From Promethearchaeota archaeon (lineage in GTDB: Archaea > Asgardarchaeota > Lokiarchaeia > Sigyniarchaeales > SOKP01), in the NCBI GenBank assembly GCA_016840085.1, contig JAEOTA010000082.1:1-48910 (forward strand): DNA of 48,910 bases, read 5' to 3'. Every line of letters begins with the position of its first letter. Position 1 is the stretch's first letter. Both the position numbers and the translations under genes were made by a program. Below are positions 29,701-39,533 of the stretch, piece by piece. Below the pieces are notes generated by a model, which ran no database searches, had not been told where the DNA came from, and was given only the letters and a program-made list of their open reading frames with translations.

Positions 29701-32087
29701 ATACTATATGGAACGCAATAATGGAGTTAACAATTCCTATAGATTTTTCTGATGATGACTTACTAGGAGTTATGGAGTATCCACTTTCCCAAATTGAAAG
29801 GTTTTCTGCTCTCAAACTTCAAACAAAATTAGCAGTTAACGAATCAGATAATCAATGGTATAATTTTACCTATGAAATATATGATGCTTCGAATAGTAAA
29901 TGGGTTTTGTGCAATTGGAGTGATACACCTACATGGAATACCCATACGTACCCTGATTTAAAAGGGGGTTTTGGTACTGCAAGATATAATTATACAGATT
30001 TTGATTTTGATTTAAATTATAAACATGATCATATGTGGCTTGTTACACGTGGAACTTATGGTGAATCTCCTTATTTAGAATTCGATCATGAAAATAAAAC
30101 GACATTATCGAATTTTATAGACTCAAATAAAAATATACGAGTAAGGTTAAATATTACTAACGAAAATGATCCTTTTAATTTGACAATTGACAATTTCGGG
30201 ATTGGAGCGTTTTATTGGGGCTTATTTAGCAGTCGATATGATAGAAACTATCTATGGAAATATGGTGAGTATGAAGGGGAGGAAGGTAACTGGGATTTAA
30301 GTAATCTATTAAATTTGGAAATTCAAGACTTTGAAGTAGTTAATGGAACAGGTGATAAGTATCTGGATTTAATTGCTGTAATCGGTATTGAAGGTACTGA
30401 CTATGGGATAGAGCCCGAAGAAGAATGGAGTACAAGGATCCACCTATTTGATATTAAAAACAAGGATGTCTATACTAAATGGAGCCTAAATAAGACATAT
30501 ATTCCATTCCAAAATGTACGAATTTTACCTATAAATAACAGTTTAAATAATTTTTTACTAAGTGGGATTTTTCAATATGAAAATAAATATAACTGCTCAC
30601 ATAGATTAATTAGTGATCCACATTGGGAATTTCAAATAACGCATTTTGATAATTATTCCGAGTCCACAGTTACTTTTGATTTTACATGGGAAAAAATTCC
30701 AGAATTTCCATCAGAATATTCTTCTAGTTATTTTCCTTATGAGTTTCCTGGAAAAACCACATTTACTAAAGATGGAAGAATTGGGATAATATTGGGAGAA
30801 TATGAATTTTCAGAAGAATGGGGACAATTTAAATTAATTAACATTCAAATTATTGATATTAATAGTCATTCCATAATAAGTAAAATCCCTGCAGAAAATT
30901 TAGAGTACTTAAGCTATTATGGTGGGCAAGAAAGTGGTACAATTGATTTTAGCTCAGAAGGTGCTGGATATAAATTATTAATTTCTTATGAAGATTTTAA
31001 TGATGATAACTTCCTTGATCATGTAGGTTTATATTCTCTAGAAAGGATGGATGAAGAATATTTCATGGATAGTGAATCTGGAACTGAAATTAGAATATAT
31101 AGTGGTAATTCTGGTGATTCTGATCCTGTAATTTTATTTAGTAAGACTTTTGAATCCACACAATTTAGTTCTTCTGAATATATATCTCCAAATAAACTTC
31201 CCATGCCATTTACTTCGATTGATGATATTAATGATGATGAGATCCCAGAAGTAATAATAGGAATTCAATCTGGCTCTAGTGATTGTAAAGGATCTTATAT
31301 AAGTTTCTATGATATTTATAATAGTAATGAATATGAGGTAAAAGAGTTAACTAAATATAAATGGGAGTTAGATACTTTTAAATGCACATCTCAATGGGTT
31401 GAAAGAACCTATGAATTTGTATATGATATTGATAAGATTGGAGATCTTAACGCAGATAATATAAGTGAAGTCTATATAAATCGTGATTACTTCATTGAAA
31501 CTAGAAGGGAGTATGGTTCTAGGATATTTGAAAGGATACCAACAACAGAAATTCTAGATATATTTAATCAAAATACTCTATATAGATTTAATATGGAGGT
31601 TGATTCATTACTCCCTATTGTTGATTTAAATGAGGATGGGAAAAAGGAAATCTTGATTTCAAGTGAGGAAATATTATATTGTATTAATTCTAAATTTAAC
31701 ATTCAAATTTTAAGTCCTAAAGATGAACAGTCGATGGGTTCTCATAAATTCAATATAAAATGGGATACAGATTCAGAATATGATTATTTCGTAGTATTCA
31801 TAGACGGAGTTAGTCAAGGCCCTACAATTGCTAAAAAGATTCATGTTTCTCTTGGTTCTGGGTGGAGAGAAATTTCTATTATGTTGTACGATAAGAGTGG
31901 TTTAATCATAACAACCAGCACTATAAATGTTTTAGTTCCACCTAATCAAACTCATTTAATTTTAACATTCGTATTTTTAGGTGTTGCGGCTGGTTTATAC
32001 ATAGGGTACAGAAGAATTAGTAAGAAGAATGAAGAAATGGTGTTTATTGATAAAAAATCAAAGAAGGAGGTAAAAAGAAATGATTAA
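26784..32087 (+). CDS. Large membrane-anchored surface protein with FG-GAP/PQQ-like beta-propeller repeats
   Basis: Signal peptide; many D-[ILVF]-N-x-D-x motifs (DINEDSISE, DVNFDGVDD, DLNNDGIKD, DLNEDGKKE); DGxxGxxxW PQQ-type motifs; C-terminal Ig-like domain, TM helix and basic tail. Confidence 0.85.
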   Translation: MKLRKNFKLMKKAIAISALFYAILSPITIIFASNAVNVDFSNNLNTQANDSAEGSILWKLGKGLPGTGATMKPRLVNFTENGESLIVVGTDEGLATITLDGFISMSYRTFGPVIDFDIIEDISGDTIDDIVLITYYKDHPNLIAISSNNGSEIWKFKVTIEGISTETYEKQDFITYTWDLEVINDINEDSISEIVIASWYRLIVVDGKVGDKLWMRENDFANDIWKVEVLDDINNNGFQTIIAGSEEGKLSAFDSKSGKKIWTFKVEKMKIPVTTMFGISTENVPNSIDDIKIVNDVNNDDIDEILIAADDGYIRLISGKNGDELYNAMCYNVTKITEYLYDIPSTSPYSSTERLFRKSGVKLYEIPDINNDGIKEYMSIACDLDYEDKGTDLIESRIFSINPESEFELINISISRNRTYTNNNPGPYYSSYPEIINRGSEIQIYFYSYSSEYGGYDINVRIERYHIEDEKLENPTIIYEDPDSYSFSKYEHEYEILSQSFSDTNGYYLLNIGDVNFDGVDDLFAISPNGRYLCIDIKNDDMLWVRTRKDSELEITELKDLNNDGIKDLLIKQISDFEPDWISSNDDGYYYDGYYQTNEKSKIISGLFTVDGKTGNIIWSFNIPSLQYYEGIRDLKNVGDITDDEIDDYVGWVIPSTTPHDISEIIESLSEYDPYEWDSGQFVSEDIYRALLSKYTKILAIDGSNGIIFWNNSLLGFPYRFYRQYGYTGPYEEPISGYSSGNDFYNRINGEIPSSWGEYYNIDWNGEYNNWSISTLLHPDNIQLVNGSSTDNKFDLWGEEGTNCTITSSNSSESSKSLKIGTTLNDTSIGTVESGDNSYWVLNSISSKGDHKISAELSFNLTQPVESELQYIVVDYEGFLVDDVIDQIDISIYNFSGDYWIKISNETINDPDPTTKMEKFLYNINGLTSDSNKLVKIKLEATNTSAFTLNIDKLVVNYTYTYGNYTIMAEQDDTIWNAIMELTIPIDFSDDDLLGVMEYPLSQIERFSALKLQTKLAVNESDNQWYNFTYEIYDASNSKWVLCNWSDTPTWNTHTYPDLKGGFGTARYNYTDFDFDLNYKHDHMWLVTRGTYGESPYLEFDHENKTTLSNFIDSNKNIRVRLNITNENDPFNLTIDNFGIGAFYWGLFSSRYDRNYLWKYGEYEGEEGNWDLSNLLNLEIQDFEVVNGTGDKYLDLIAVIGIEGTDYGIEPEEEWSTRIHLFDIKNKDVYTKWSLNKTYIPFQNVRILPINNSLNNFLLSGIFQYENKYNCSHRLISDPHWEFQITHFDNYSESTVTFDFTWEKIPEFPSEYSSSYFPYEFPGKTTFTKDGRIGIILGEYEFSEEWGQFKLINIQIIDINSHSIISKIPAENLEYLSYYGGQESGTIDFSSEGAGYKLLISYEDFNDDNFLDHVGLYSLERMDEEYFMDSESGTEIRIYSGNSGDSDPVILFSKTFESTQFSSSEYISPNKLPMPFTSIDDINDDEIPEVIIGIQSGSSDCKGSYISFYDIYNSNEYEVKELTKYKWELDTFKCTSQWVERTYEFVYDIDKIGDLNADNISEVYINRDYFIETRREYGSRIFERIPTTEILDIFNQNTLYRFNMEVDSLLPIVDLNEDGKKEILISSEEILYCINSKFNIQILSPKDEQSMGSHKFNIKWDTDSEYDYFVVFIDGVSQGPTIAKKIHVSLGSGWREISIMLYDKSGLIITTSTINVLVPPNQTHLILTFVFLGVAAGLYIGYRRISKKNEEMVFIDKKSKKEVKRND
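32064..32071 (+). promoter_or_regulatory. Shine-Dalgarno site of ABC ATPase
   Basis: aaggaggt 8 nt before ATG 32080; the same octamer at 33022-33029 precedes the permease. Confidence 0.7.
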
Positions 32088-33036
32088 AAAAAAAGTGAAG
32101 CCCACTTATGAGATTTGGAGTGAGGAATTGACAAAAATATATGGAAAAGGAAAAGAAGCGTTAGAAGCAGTTTCAGAAATAGATCTCCGAGTAAGACCAG
32201 GGATTCATGGGTTCCTTGGTCCAAATGGTGCTGGAAAAACAACAACAATCAATATGTTAGTAGGTGCTATTTCAATAACAAAAGGAAACGCTAAGATTAG
32301 AGATGAAAAAGCTGGAACAGTTACGGCAAAACAAATAATTGGTTTTTTACCTCAAGATCCTGTGTTTTATGTTGATATGACTGGAGAAGATTACTTAATA
32401 TATATGGGGCAGCTAGGGGGCCTACAAAAACAAGACGCAAAAAGAAAAGCTCAAGAATTATTAGATTTCTTTGATCTTTTTGAATTCAGAAAGAAAGAAA
32501 TAGGAACATATTCCGGAGGAATGAAACAAAAGATTGGTATAGCGGCAGCATTGATTCATGATCCAAAAGTCTTAATCCTTGATGAACCTACAGCTAATCT
32601 AGATCCAATTGGAAGGGCAGATGTAATACAAAAAATCAAAAGTCTAACTGATGTAAGTGTTTTTGTTTCAAGTCATATTTTATCTGAAATTGAACAAATG
32701 TGTGAAGATGTGACCATGATCGACCTAGGTAAAATCGTAATTTGTGATTCTATAAGAAATATCAAAAAGAGATTTATAAGCAATCTCTATATTTTAGACA
32801 CTAATATGAATGAAAAAATCTTCAAACAATTGAAAGGCGAAGATATTATTACGAATATTCGAATTGATGAGGGAGATGGAAAAATCCATATCATACCTAA
32901 GGATTCTGAAAAACTACGAGAACTTTTACCTCAACTGCTTATTAAAAATAAAGCTATCCTAAATAGTTTTCATCAACCTGAGTTATCACTACAAGATATT
33001 TTTATGGAGATAATGTCAAAAAAGGAGGTATCCTAA
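32080..33036 (+). CDS. ABC-2-type exporter ATP-binding subunit
   Basis: GPNGAGKT, YSGGMKQ, LILDEP and SSH motifs; overlaps the upstream gene by 8 nt. Confidence 0.95.
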   Translation: MIKKKVKPTYEIWSEELTKIYGKGKEALEAVSEIDLRVRPGIHGFLGPNGAGKTTTINMLVGAISITKGNAKIRDEKAGTVTAKQIIGFLPQDPVFYVDMTGEDYLIYMGQLGGLQKQDAKRKAQELLDFFDLFEFRKKEIGTYSGGMKQKIGIAAALIHDPKVLILDEPTANLDPIGRADVIQKIKSLTDVSVFVSSHILSEIEQMCEDVTMIDLGKIVICDSIRNIKKRFISNLYILDTNMNEKIFKQLKGEDIITNIRIDEGDGKIHIIPKDSEKLRELLPQLLIKNKAILNSFHQPELSLQDIFMEIMSKKEVS

Positions 33037-34070
33037 TGATACAGAAGAAGAAATTAAGTTTTATTGATAAATTAAAAAGTAATGTAGAGAAATTAAATAA
33101 AAGAGTAATTCAACCAACAAAAACTTGGTTTTCAAAGAATATATTCAAAAGAACTACTGTTGTAATAAAAAAGACATTTCAAGATATATATTCATTTAAA
33201 AAAATGATTGCTATGATAATAATAATGCTGATACTTCCGTTAATTTACATATCTCTTGCTTCTCCAGTCGATTTTGGTTTAATCTCACCATTTCATGCCG
33301 CAACTGTCATCAGTATTGCCTTAGCTTTTCCATTCTTCTTTTGGTCTTTAGGTTTATCCTATACAATTTTTATTGGAATCTCTGGATCACCGCTTATTGC
33401 TGACGAAATAAGCTCAGGAACTATGCTAATATTAATTAGTAAGCCAATCAGTCGAATAAAAATATTTTTAGGAAAATTCATTGGAGTTTTCCTATATGGA
33501 ATGGTATTGAGTTTTATTGCTATATTTGTGAGCGGATGGATGGGAGTACTAATAAAATCAGGAAATATAGACCATTTTGTCAGCTTAATACCATTTTTAA
33601 CTGCTTTATATCTGTATAGCTTGTTTATCTTATTTTTATTTACCAGCATTACAATGGCATTGTCATCGATTTTTAAGAAATCAAGAAATGCTTCAGTTGG
33701 GATCCTCCTTATAACAATTTTTTCTTTTCTCGCATTTCAACTAATTAGAACAATGGTAGGTAGTGCCTATGCGATATTTCAATTATACCATTTTGATCTT
33801 GGTTATCACCTTGGAAATGTGTTTATTCTATTCATTGAAAGTTTGAACGCTATTCCACCTTCAACTAGCTGGCAAAATATATTCGGATTGTTGACAGGAG
33901 TATATAGTACTGAGTCACCAGTCGATCCTGATCAAAATATCAATCTTGGTGGTTATAGTAAAACAAATTATTATTTACCCATCGTTTCTCTCTTGCTATG
34001 GCTTTTAATTGCTTTCTTACTTTTAGCATTTGCTTTAATAAGTTTAAGAAAAAGGGAAGTTTCTGTGTAA
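33036..34070 (+). CDS. ABC-2-type exporter permease
   Basis: IADEISSGTML.LISKPISR..IFLGKF motif; about 6 TM helices; TAATG stop-start overlap. Confidence 0.92.
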   Translation: MIQKKKLSFIDKLKSNVEKLNKRVIQPTKTWFSKNIFKRTTVVIKKTFQDIYSFKKMIAMIIIMLILPLIYISLASPVDFGLISPFHAATVISIALAFPFFFWSLGLSYTIFIGISGSPLIADEISSGTMLILISKPISRIKIFLGKFIGVFLYGMVLSFIAIFVSGWMGVLIKSGNIDHFVSLIPFLTALYLYSLFILFLFTSITMALSSIFKKSRNASVGILLITIFSFLAFQLIRTMVGSAYAIFQLYHFDLGYHLGNVFILFIESLNAIPPSTSWQNIFGLLTGVYSTESPVDPDQNINLGGYSKTNYYLPIVSLLLWLLIAFLLLAFALISLRKREVSV

Positions 34071-34082
34071 TTATAAATTTAA

Positions 34083-34098
34083 TTTTTTTTTTTATTTT
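34083..34098 (+). terminator. T-rich archaeal terminator-like tract
   Basis: Run of 11 T followed by ATTTT, 12 bp after the permease stop, facing a convergent gene. Confidence 0.45.
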
Positions 34099-34245
34099 AT
34101 ATCTCTTCTAGATGATTTAAGATATGTTTATAAATCTCATTTCCATAGAAAATATATCCTTTTGGATGGATGTTAATTAATAAATTATTAAGAGAAATAG
34201 TATTGAAAATAAAAATTTATTTTATGAGAGTTAAAAAAAATTAAT

Positions 34246-35205
34246 TTAGAAGTTAGAATATATCATAAATTTATCTCCTGAGCCTAGACTATAAATTTCA
34301 AACTTCTTACCCCGTTTTGTTTCAGCATGCATCAATATCATAGGAAATAGATAAATCTGAGAAGTAATTTGGGCATCTTTATCTTTTTCATGAGATTTAT
34401 AATCACTCCCAGAAGAATTTATTGTTTTTTTGATGTTTTTATTCCAGTAACCTAAGGATGCTTCTGCTTTTGAATCTAATTCTTTGAAATTGCTAAATCT
34501 TATACCTTCCACATCTTCAATCATTTTGTGGAGATCTTCTCCGATCTCTTTTTCATATCTCGTTTGAGCGCTAGAGTGAAGAACAGGGACTCCGGTAACC
34601 ACTGTTTGAAATGGAACAGGAAGTTCCTCATATTTGTATAGATTTTTATGACCTCCACATTCTTTACAAGGTTCTGTTCTGTTTCCAGTGCCATAGCATG
34701 CTCCACACGGATATGAGAATGGCTTCTTCTCTTTCTTCTGTTCCTCACCTACTAACACCGTGAAAGTTTCTTCTATTTTTCCAGTGCCTTTGCATGTTTT
34801 ACATTTATCTTCAATATACCCTTTTCCTTTACAATTTTTGCAGGGAACTGCTTGGATCGATTCAAACTGAGGAACTTTCTCGTCATCCTTCCAATTTTCT
34901 TTATTGATCTTTCCCGCTCCTTTAAATGAATAGTATTGTACTCTACCTACTCTGGGAGCAGTAACTATATTTTCTTCTTTACCTTTTGGAGCTGGACCAA
35001 GAGATTTTTTAACAGCAAAATAAATTGCTGCCTCTTTCGTAGTATCCTTTACATATTCAGCTGCACTAATTGCATCTAATGAAAAAACAGCCCCTTTAGT
35101 TCCAAACTCTTTCTCCATTTTCTTACGATCCATTCTTGCAGCTTTTTGCTTCCATCGCAACCATATCTCATCAAGATTTGGTGTTTTGATTCGCACATCT
35201 GGCAA
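34246..35205 (-). CDS. DnaJ-type zinc-finger protein without J domain (SSUH2-like)
   Basis: CKNCKGKG, CKTCKGTG, CGACYGTG and CKECGG repeats; no HPD motif. Confidence 0.7.
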   Translation of the reverse strand: MPDVRIKTPNLDEIWLRWKQKAARMDRKKMEKEFGTKGAVFSLDAISAAEYVKDTTKEAAIYFAVKKSLGPAPKGKEENIVTAPRVGRVQYYSFKGAGKINKENWKDDEKVPQFESIQAVPCKNCKGKGYIEDKCKTCKGTGKIEETFTVLVGEEQKKEKKPFSYPCGACYGTGNRTEPCKECGGHKNLYKYEELPVPFQTVVTGVPVLHSSAQTRYEKEIGEDLHKMIEDVEGIRFSNFKELDSKAEASLGYWNKNIKKTINSSGSDYKSHEKDKDAQITSQIYLFPMILMHAETKRGKKFEIYSLGSGDKFMIYSNF

Positions 35206-35355
35206 CTTCTTATCACTTATAAAATTTTGTTTAAAATTTAATTAACTTTATTTAATTGATTTGGAATTAAAAAAATATAAAATAGAATAATTTATAATTT
35301 TATATAAAAGAATATCAAAAGTAGAAATAATAATAAGAAAAAAGTAGAATAAAAA

Positions 35356-35517
35356 ATGTCTGCTGAAGAACGTCAATCAGTCGAATACTTCTTGCAATGG
35401 ATTCAGCAAGGTGGGCTTAGAGATTGGATTGATCATTTCCTAAACCAAGGGGATGAAGCAAAGCTTAAGCAAATAAAAGAAGTTTATGATAAAATTAAAC
35501 AAGTTTTTGGGTTTTAA
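35356..35517 (+). CDS. Small hypothetical protein (53 aa), not in ORF track
   Basis: ATG 35356 to TAA 35517: MSAEERQSVEYFLQWIQQGGLRDWIDHFLNQGDEAKLKQIKEVYDKIKQVFGF; more GC-rich than the flanks; T-tract follows. Confidence 0.75.
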   Translation: MSAEERQSVEYFLQWIQQGGLRDWIDHFLNQGDEAKLKQIKEVYDKIKQVFGF

Positions 35518-35622
35518 TTTTTAATATCTTTTTTCATATCTCATATTTTAATTTAAGGTTTATTTTTTTAGAAAAATTGAATTGTCATAATTCATTTTTT
35601 TTATCAGTATCTAAATAATTTA

Positions 35623-38304
35623 GTGGTTTCTCCATTGAGTCTTCCCTCAAGGAATTTCTTTATCGTTTTAGATTCAAACCGTAAATCTAAGAAGAAATTA
35701 CTTTATAATGTTAATTTCTTTTATTTAAAAAAATTTAATAAAAAAAACTTTACTTTTTCCTATATAAGCGACCCTTTTTTTAGGGGATATGTTCTTTTCG
35801 GTTTGGATTTTAAAAATAGAATACGACCGTTGAGTTTTGATAAAATTAGTAAAAATAACAAGAGTTCCCCTGTAGATCCTAAACTTTTTAAGAAATTTTT
35901 ACTTTCAGATAACAATAAATTTATTGCTTTTTCAAATCAAACTCCTTCTGAAGAGATTTCACCAGTTAAAGATATGCTTAACAGCTTGCAGTTTGATATA
36001 AACAAAATAATCAATCTAACTTTCTGTAAATCATGTCTAGAAAATCAAAATCAGAAATTTACTATTCTGAATGATAAATTTCAAATTAAGACTATTAAAG
36101 AAGGAATTTTATGTTCTAATTGTGCATATGAAATCGTATTAAGACAAGCTAGACTTGCTGGATTAATTTCAGAGAAAAGGGTAAGTCTAAAATTAAAAAA
36201 TTTTTTGACCCATATGATTCTTAAGTTTAAGGATATTAAAAAAGTGTTGAGTGTATTTCAAGCAGATTTCAATCCTGCAACAAACAGAGAAATTACACTG
36301 TATGATGTTGAGAAAGCTCCTCCTATTAGTAAAAAATATCTCAATCAAAAGGTTGAAGATCTTAATATTCCTAATTCTTTAAAAAATATATTAAAAGATC
36401 TAAAGATTTCCAAGCTACTTCCAATACAAGCCTTATCAGTTGAAAATGGTTTACTTTCAGAAAGAAGGAATCAATTAATAATGGCCCCCACCTCAGGTGG
36501 AAAGACGCTTGTGGGAGAGTTAGCAGGAGTTTCAAAGATTTCAAGCAATAGAAGTGCAAAAATGCTATATTTAGTTCCAATAGTTGCTTTAGCGAATTTA
36601 AGAACTGAAGAATTTAAAGAAAAATATAAATCTCTCAAATTAAATATTGTTAAAAAGATTGGAGAATCTTTATTTGAAAAAAGTATTGATTCTGATCAAA
36701 GTGATTTAACTAATGCTGATATTATAATAGCTACTTATGAAGCAATTGATTTCATTCTAAGAAGTGGAAAAAAGGAAATATTGGGTAATATGAGCACTAT
36801 AGTTATCGATGAAATTCAAACTTTAATAAACTCTGAGCGTGGTTTCTTATTAGATGGTTTTATTTCCCGACTCAAATTTCTTTATAAAAATGCTCAATTT
36901 TTATATCTAAGTGCTACTTTAGGTGAACCGAAATTATTAGCTACGAAGCTTAATAGTGAATTAATTATATATAATAATCGCCCTGTACCTATTGAAAGAC
37001 ATTTATTACTCTGTCTTAATGAAGCCCGAAAACATAAATTTATATTCAAATTAGTACGTGCTGCTTTTTTGAAGAAGTCAAAATATGGCTTTAAAGGACA
37101 ATCGATAATATTCACAAATACTCGAAAAAATTGTGAATCAATAACAAAACTACTTCAAGAAAAAGGAATTAATGTAGCGTCTTATCATTCTGGATTATCA
37201 CATGAAGAAAGAAAGGTTATTGAAGAAAAATTTCGGACTCAAAAAATTGCTGGTGTAGTAGCTACTGCAGCGTTAGCCGCGGGAGTAGATCTTCCCGCAA
37301 GCCAAGTTATTTTTGAGTCTTTAGCCATGGGAATAAATTGGTTAACCGTTGCTGAATTCGAGCAGATGTTAGGACGAAGCGGAAGATTGAAAAAACATGA
37401 TCTCGGATATACATATCTCCTTGTGGAACCTGGAAAGGTTTATTCTCCGAAAATGAAAGAGACAGAGGAAGATATCGCTATTAAATTATTGAATGGAAAA
37501 ATTAAAGATTTTGAATTAGTACCAGATGTTGACAAATCTCTTACAGAATTATTAGCATTTATTTCGACATTTACCGAAAGTGTCAAAAGAGAGATGGTTT
37601 ACCCGTTTTATGAAAATTTAATTAATAATGAATATGAAGTTGAAATTTCTTTAAGAAAATTAAACAATTTAAAACTAATACGTTTTAAAGAAGATTTCAC
37701 TCTTCGAATAACTCGGTTAGGCCAAGCTATTGCGAAATCATTCTTAACTATAGATCAATGTTTAGAAATTGTAGATAATTTACAAAATAAAATGAAAAAA
37801 CCTTTAGAAATTGCTCTTGATTTAAAACCCATTAGAAATGTATACTTAGCTAAAAAAATTGTAGCTGATTTAGCAAAAAATGTGAATATGAAATATTATA
37901 GTAATAATTTATTTAGTGCCAGTGTCTTATCTCTTATGAATGCTGAATATGTAAGGAAACGTAAGACATTTTCTCAAGAATTCATTGAATTTGTATTAAA
38001 ATGGTTACATGATATTTTTAATTGTAATTGTAAAGATTCTCCATATTGCGATTGCGGTAGATTAAACCTTGAAAAACTAATTCTAAATTTAAGAATTAAA
38101 AAAAAATTCACATTAGAAGAAATCTGTGACTATTTTGAGGATGAATATAAAATAATAATCTTTAAAGGAGATATCATTGATTACTTGGAGAATTTAATCT
38201 ACAGTCTAGAAAGTATTAAAAACATTTTAGAGGGAATTTTCCATTCTAATTATAAAACTGATATCAGAGAAATTCCTAAACTTATTGACCAGATTAAATA
38301 TTAA
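35623..38304 (+). CDS. Archaea-specific SF2 Ski2-like helicase (ASH-Ski2/COG1202 type)
   Basis: N-terminal CKSC/CSNC domain; APTSGGKT, DEIQ, LSAT, YHSGL and QMLGRSGR motifs; C-terminal CNCKDSPYCDCG. Confidence 0.88.
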   Translation: MVSPLSLPSRNFFIVLDSNRKSKKKLLYNVNFFYLKKFNKKNFTFSYISDPFFRGYVLFGLDFKNRIRPLSFDKISKNNKSSPVDPKLFKKFLLSDNNKFIAFSNQTPSEEISPVKDMLNSLQFDINKIINLTFCKSCLENQNQKFTILNDKFQIKTIKEGILCSNCAYEIVLRQARLAGLISEKRVSLKLKNFLTHMILKFKDIKKVLSVFQADFNPATNREITLYDVEKAPPISKKYLNQKVEDLNIPNSLKNILKDLKISKLLPIQALSVENGLLSERRNQLIMAPTSGGKTLVGELAGVSKISSNRSAKMLYLVPIVALANLRTEEFKEKYKSLKLNIVKKIGESLFEKSIDSDQSDLTNADIIIATYEAIDFILRSGKKEILGNMSTIVIDEIQTLINSERGFLLDGFISRLKFLYKNAQFLYLSATLGEPKLLATKLNSELIIYNNRPVPIERHLLLCLNEARKHKFIFKLVRAAFLKKSKYGFKGQSIIFTNTRKNCESITKLLQEKGINVASYHSGLSHEERKVIEEKFRTQKIAGVVATAALAAGVDLPASQVIFESLAMGINWLTVAEFEQMLGRSGRLKKHDLGYTYLLVEPGKVYSPKMKETEEDIAIKLLNGKIKDFELVPDVDKSLTELLAFISTFTESVKREMVYPFYENLINNEYEVEISLRKLNNLKLIRFKEDFTLRITRLGQAIAKSFLTIDQCLEIVDNLQNKMKKPLEIALDLKPIRNVYLAKKIVADLAKNVNMKYYSNNLFSASVLSLMNAEYVRKRKTFSQEFIEFVLKWLHDIFNCNCKDSPYCDCGRLNLEKLILNLRIKKKFTLEEICDYFEDEYKIIIFKGDIIDYLENLIYSLESIKNILEGIFHSNYKTDIREIPKLIDQIKY

Positions 38305-38315
38305 ATTAATCATAA

Positions 38316-39509
38316 TTAGGTTGTATGAATTTCTATTATATCATGATCATTTAATTCGTAATCAAGCCCGACTTTTTTTCGTTTTTGACGAGCTTTTTCT
38401 CTTATAACTATTGCATGGTCAAATTGGTCATAAAAACTTCTGTGAATTCTTAATGTAGCATCTTTTATAGTGGAATTTTCATCCATGATCAACGGCTTTT
38501 CGGCAATCTTTCCTGAACTCATTGTATATATTCTAATCTTTTTCAATTGTTTTAAAATTAAATCACCAAAATCTTTAGGGAAATTTCTCTTGTGAATACT
38601 TGTTCCTAAAATCAGAGGAAATTCATCTGAATAATTATTTTGTAATTTAATAAAAGTCTGTTCAGTGTGAGGTAGATCACCTTTTGTTCCAATAATAATT
38701 GCTTTTTTATAAACAATAGAAGGAATCAATGTATCTACTAGTTGATCGAGAGAAATTTTTCCAAAAACTTTTACAATAGCATTCCTTATTCCGTTCTCTT
38801 GCACAATTTCTTTTATTTTTTCTGTTAACTCTTCTAAATCATCAATATCCTTTGCTTCCTGAGTCAAATATAAGACTTGAATTTTATTCGATCCTGTTTT
38901 TTGAATATTTACAGGGGGTGGTGGTAAATTTGTCCTAATATCAGCTTTAAATAATTCTTCTTTAAGTAATTCTATTTGTTGTTTAATATCTCTTGATAAA
39001 TCCACACATAAACATATTAAATCACATGATCTAATTTGAGAAAGTATTTCTCTCCCATTTCCTATCCCTTCTGATGCACCCTTCATTATTGATGGCATAT
39101 CTACAATTTGAAATCGTATTTTATCATATTGATAAATTCCTATTTCAGGCAAAGGGGTAAATTTACCAATTTTTTCATTACTTGCTCCAGTTAAAAAGTA
39201 TAAAAGTGAGGTTTTTCCAACTCCAGGAGTATAATAAGTGCTTATTAAAATTAATTGAATACCCTCTTTTTTAATTGAGAAGGGGGAAATAACTTTTTGA
39301 GTGCTTTTTTGTCTTGTTCTTCGTGCCTCGAGTTCACGTTTCATTTTTGCTATACGAGATTTATTCAATGCTACAATTTTTTCAGTGGCTTTATGTTTGG
39401 GAACTAATGAAAGAAATTCTTCTAACTTTTTTATTTTTTCTTCTAAAGATCCCGCATCTAAATACTCTTGATATTTAACCTTAGCTTCTGCTCCAATATT
39501 TGAACTCAA
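38316..39509 (-). CDS. DRG/OBG-family GTPase-like protein with TGS domain, divergent G motifs
   Basis: VPKHKATEK N-terminal helix, GVGKTS, DMPS, TKGD; C-terminal TGS (IH..F, VGLDYEL.D.DIIEIH). Confidence 0.85.
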   Translation of the reverse strand: MSSNIGAEAKVKYQEYLDAGSLEEKIKKLEEFLSLVPKHKATEKIVALNKSRIAKMKRELEARRTRQKSTQKVISPFSIKKEGIQLILISTYYTPGVGKTSLLYFLTGASNEKIGKFTPLPEIGIYQYDKIRFQIVDMPSIMKGASEGIGNGREILSQIRSCDLICLCVDLSRDIKQQIELLKEELFKADIRTNLPPPPVNIQKTGSNKIQVLYLTQEAKDIDDLEELTEKIKEIVQENGIRNAIVKVFGKISLDQLVDTLIPSIVYKKAIIIGTKGDLPHTEQTFIKLQNNYSDEFPLILGTSIHKRNFPKDFGDLILKQLKKIRIYTMSSGKIAEKPLIMDENSTIKDATLRIHRSFYDQFDHAIVIREKARQKRKKVGLDYELNDHDIIEIHTT

Positions 39510-39533
39510 GAATCAAATCCCTAAAAACTTTAA

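Noticed and set aside
31950-32030. Calling the 1767-aa protein a true integrin alpha
   Set aside because: No GFFKR motif after the TM helix and no beta-subunit-like gene; DxNxDG propellers are widespread in prokaryotes
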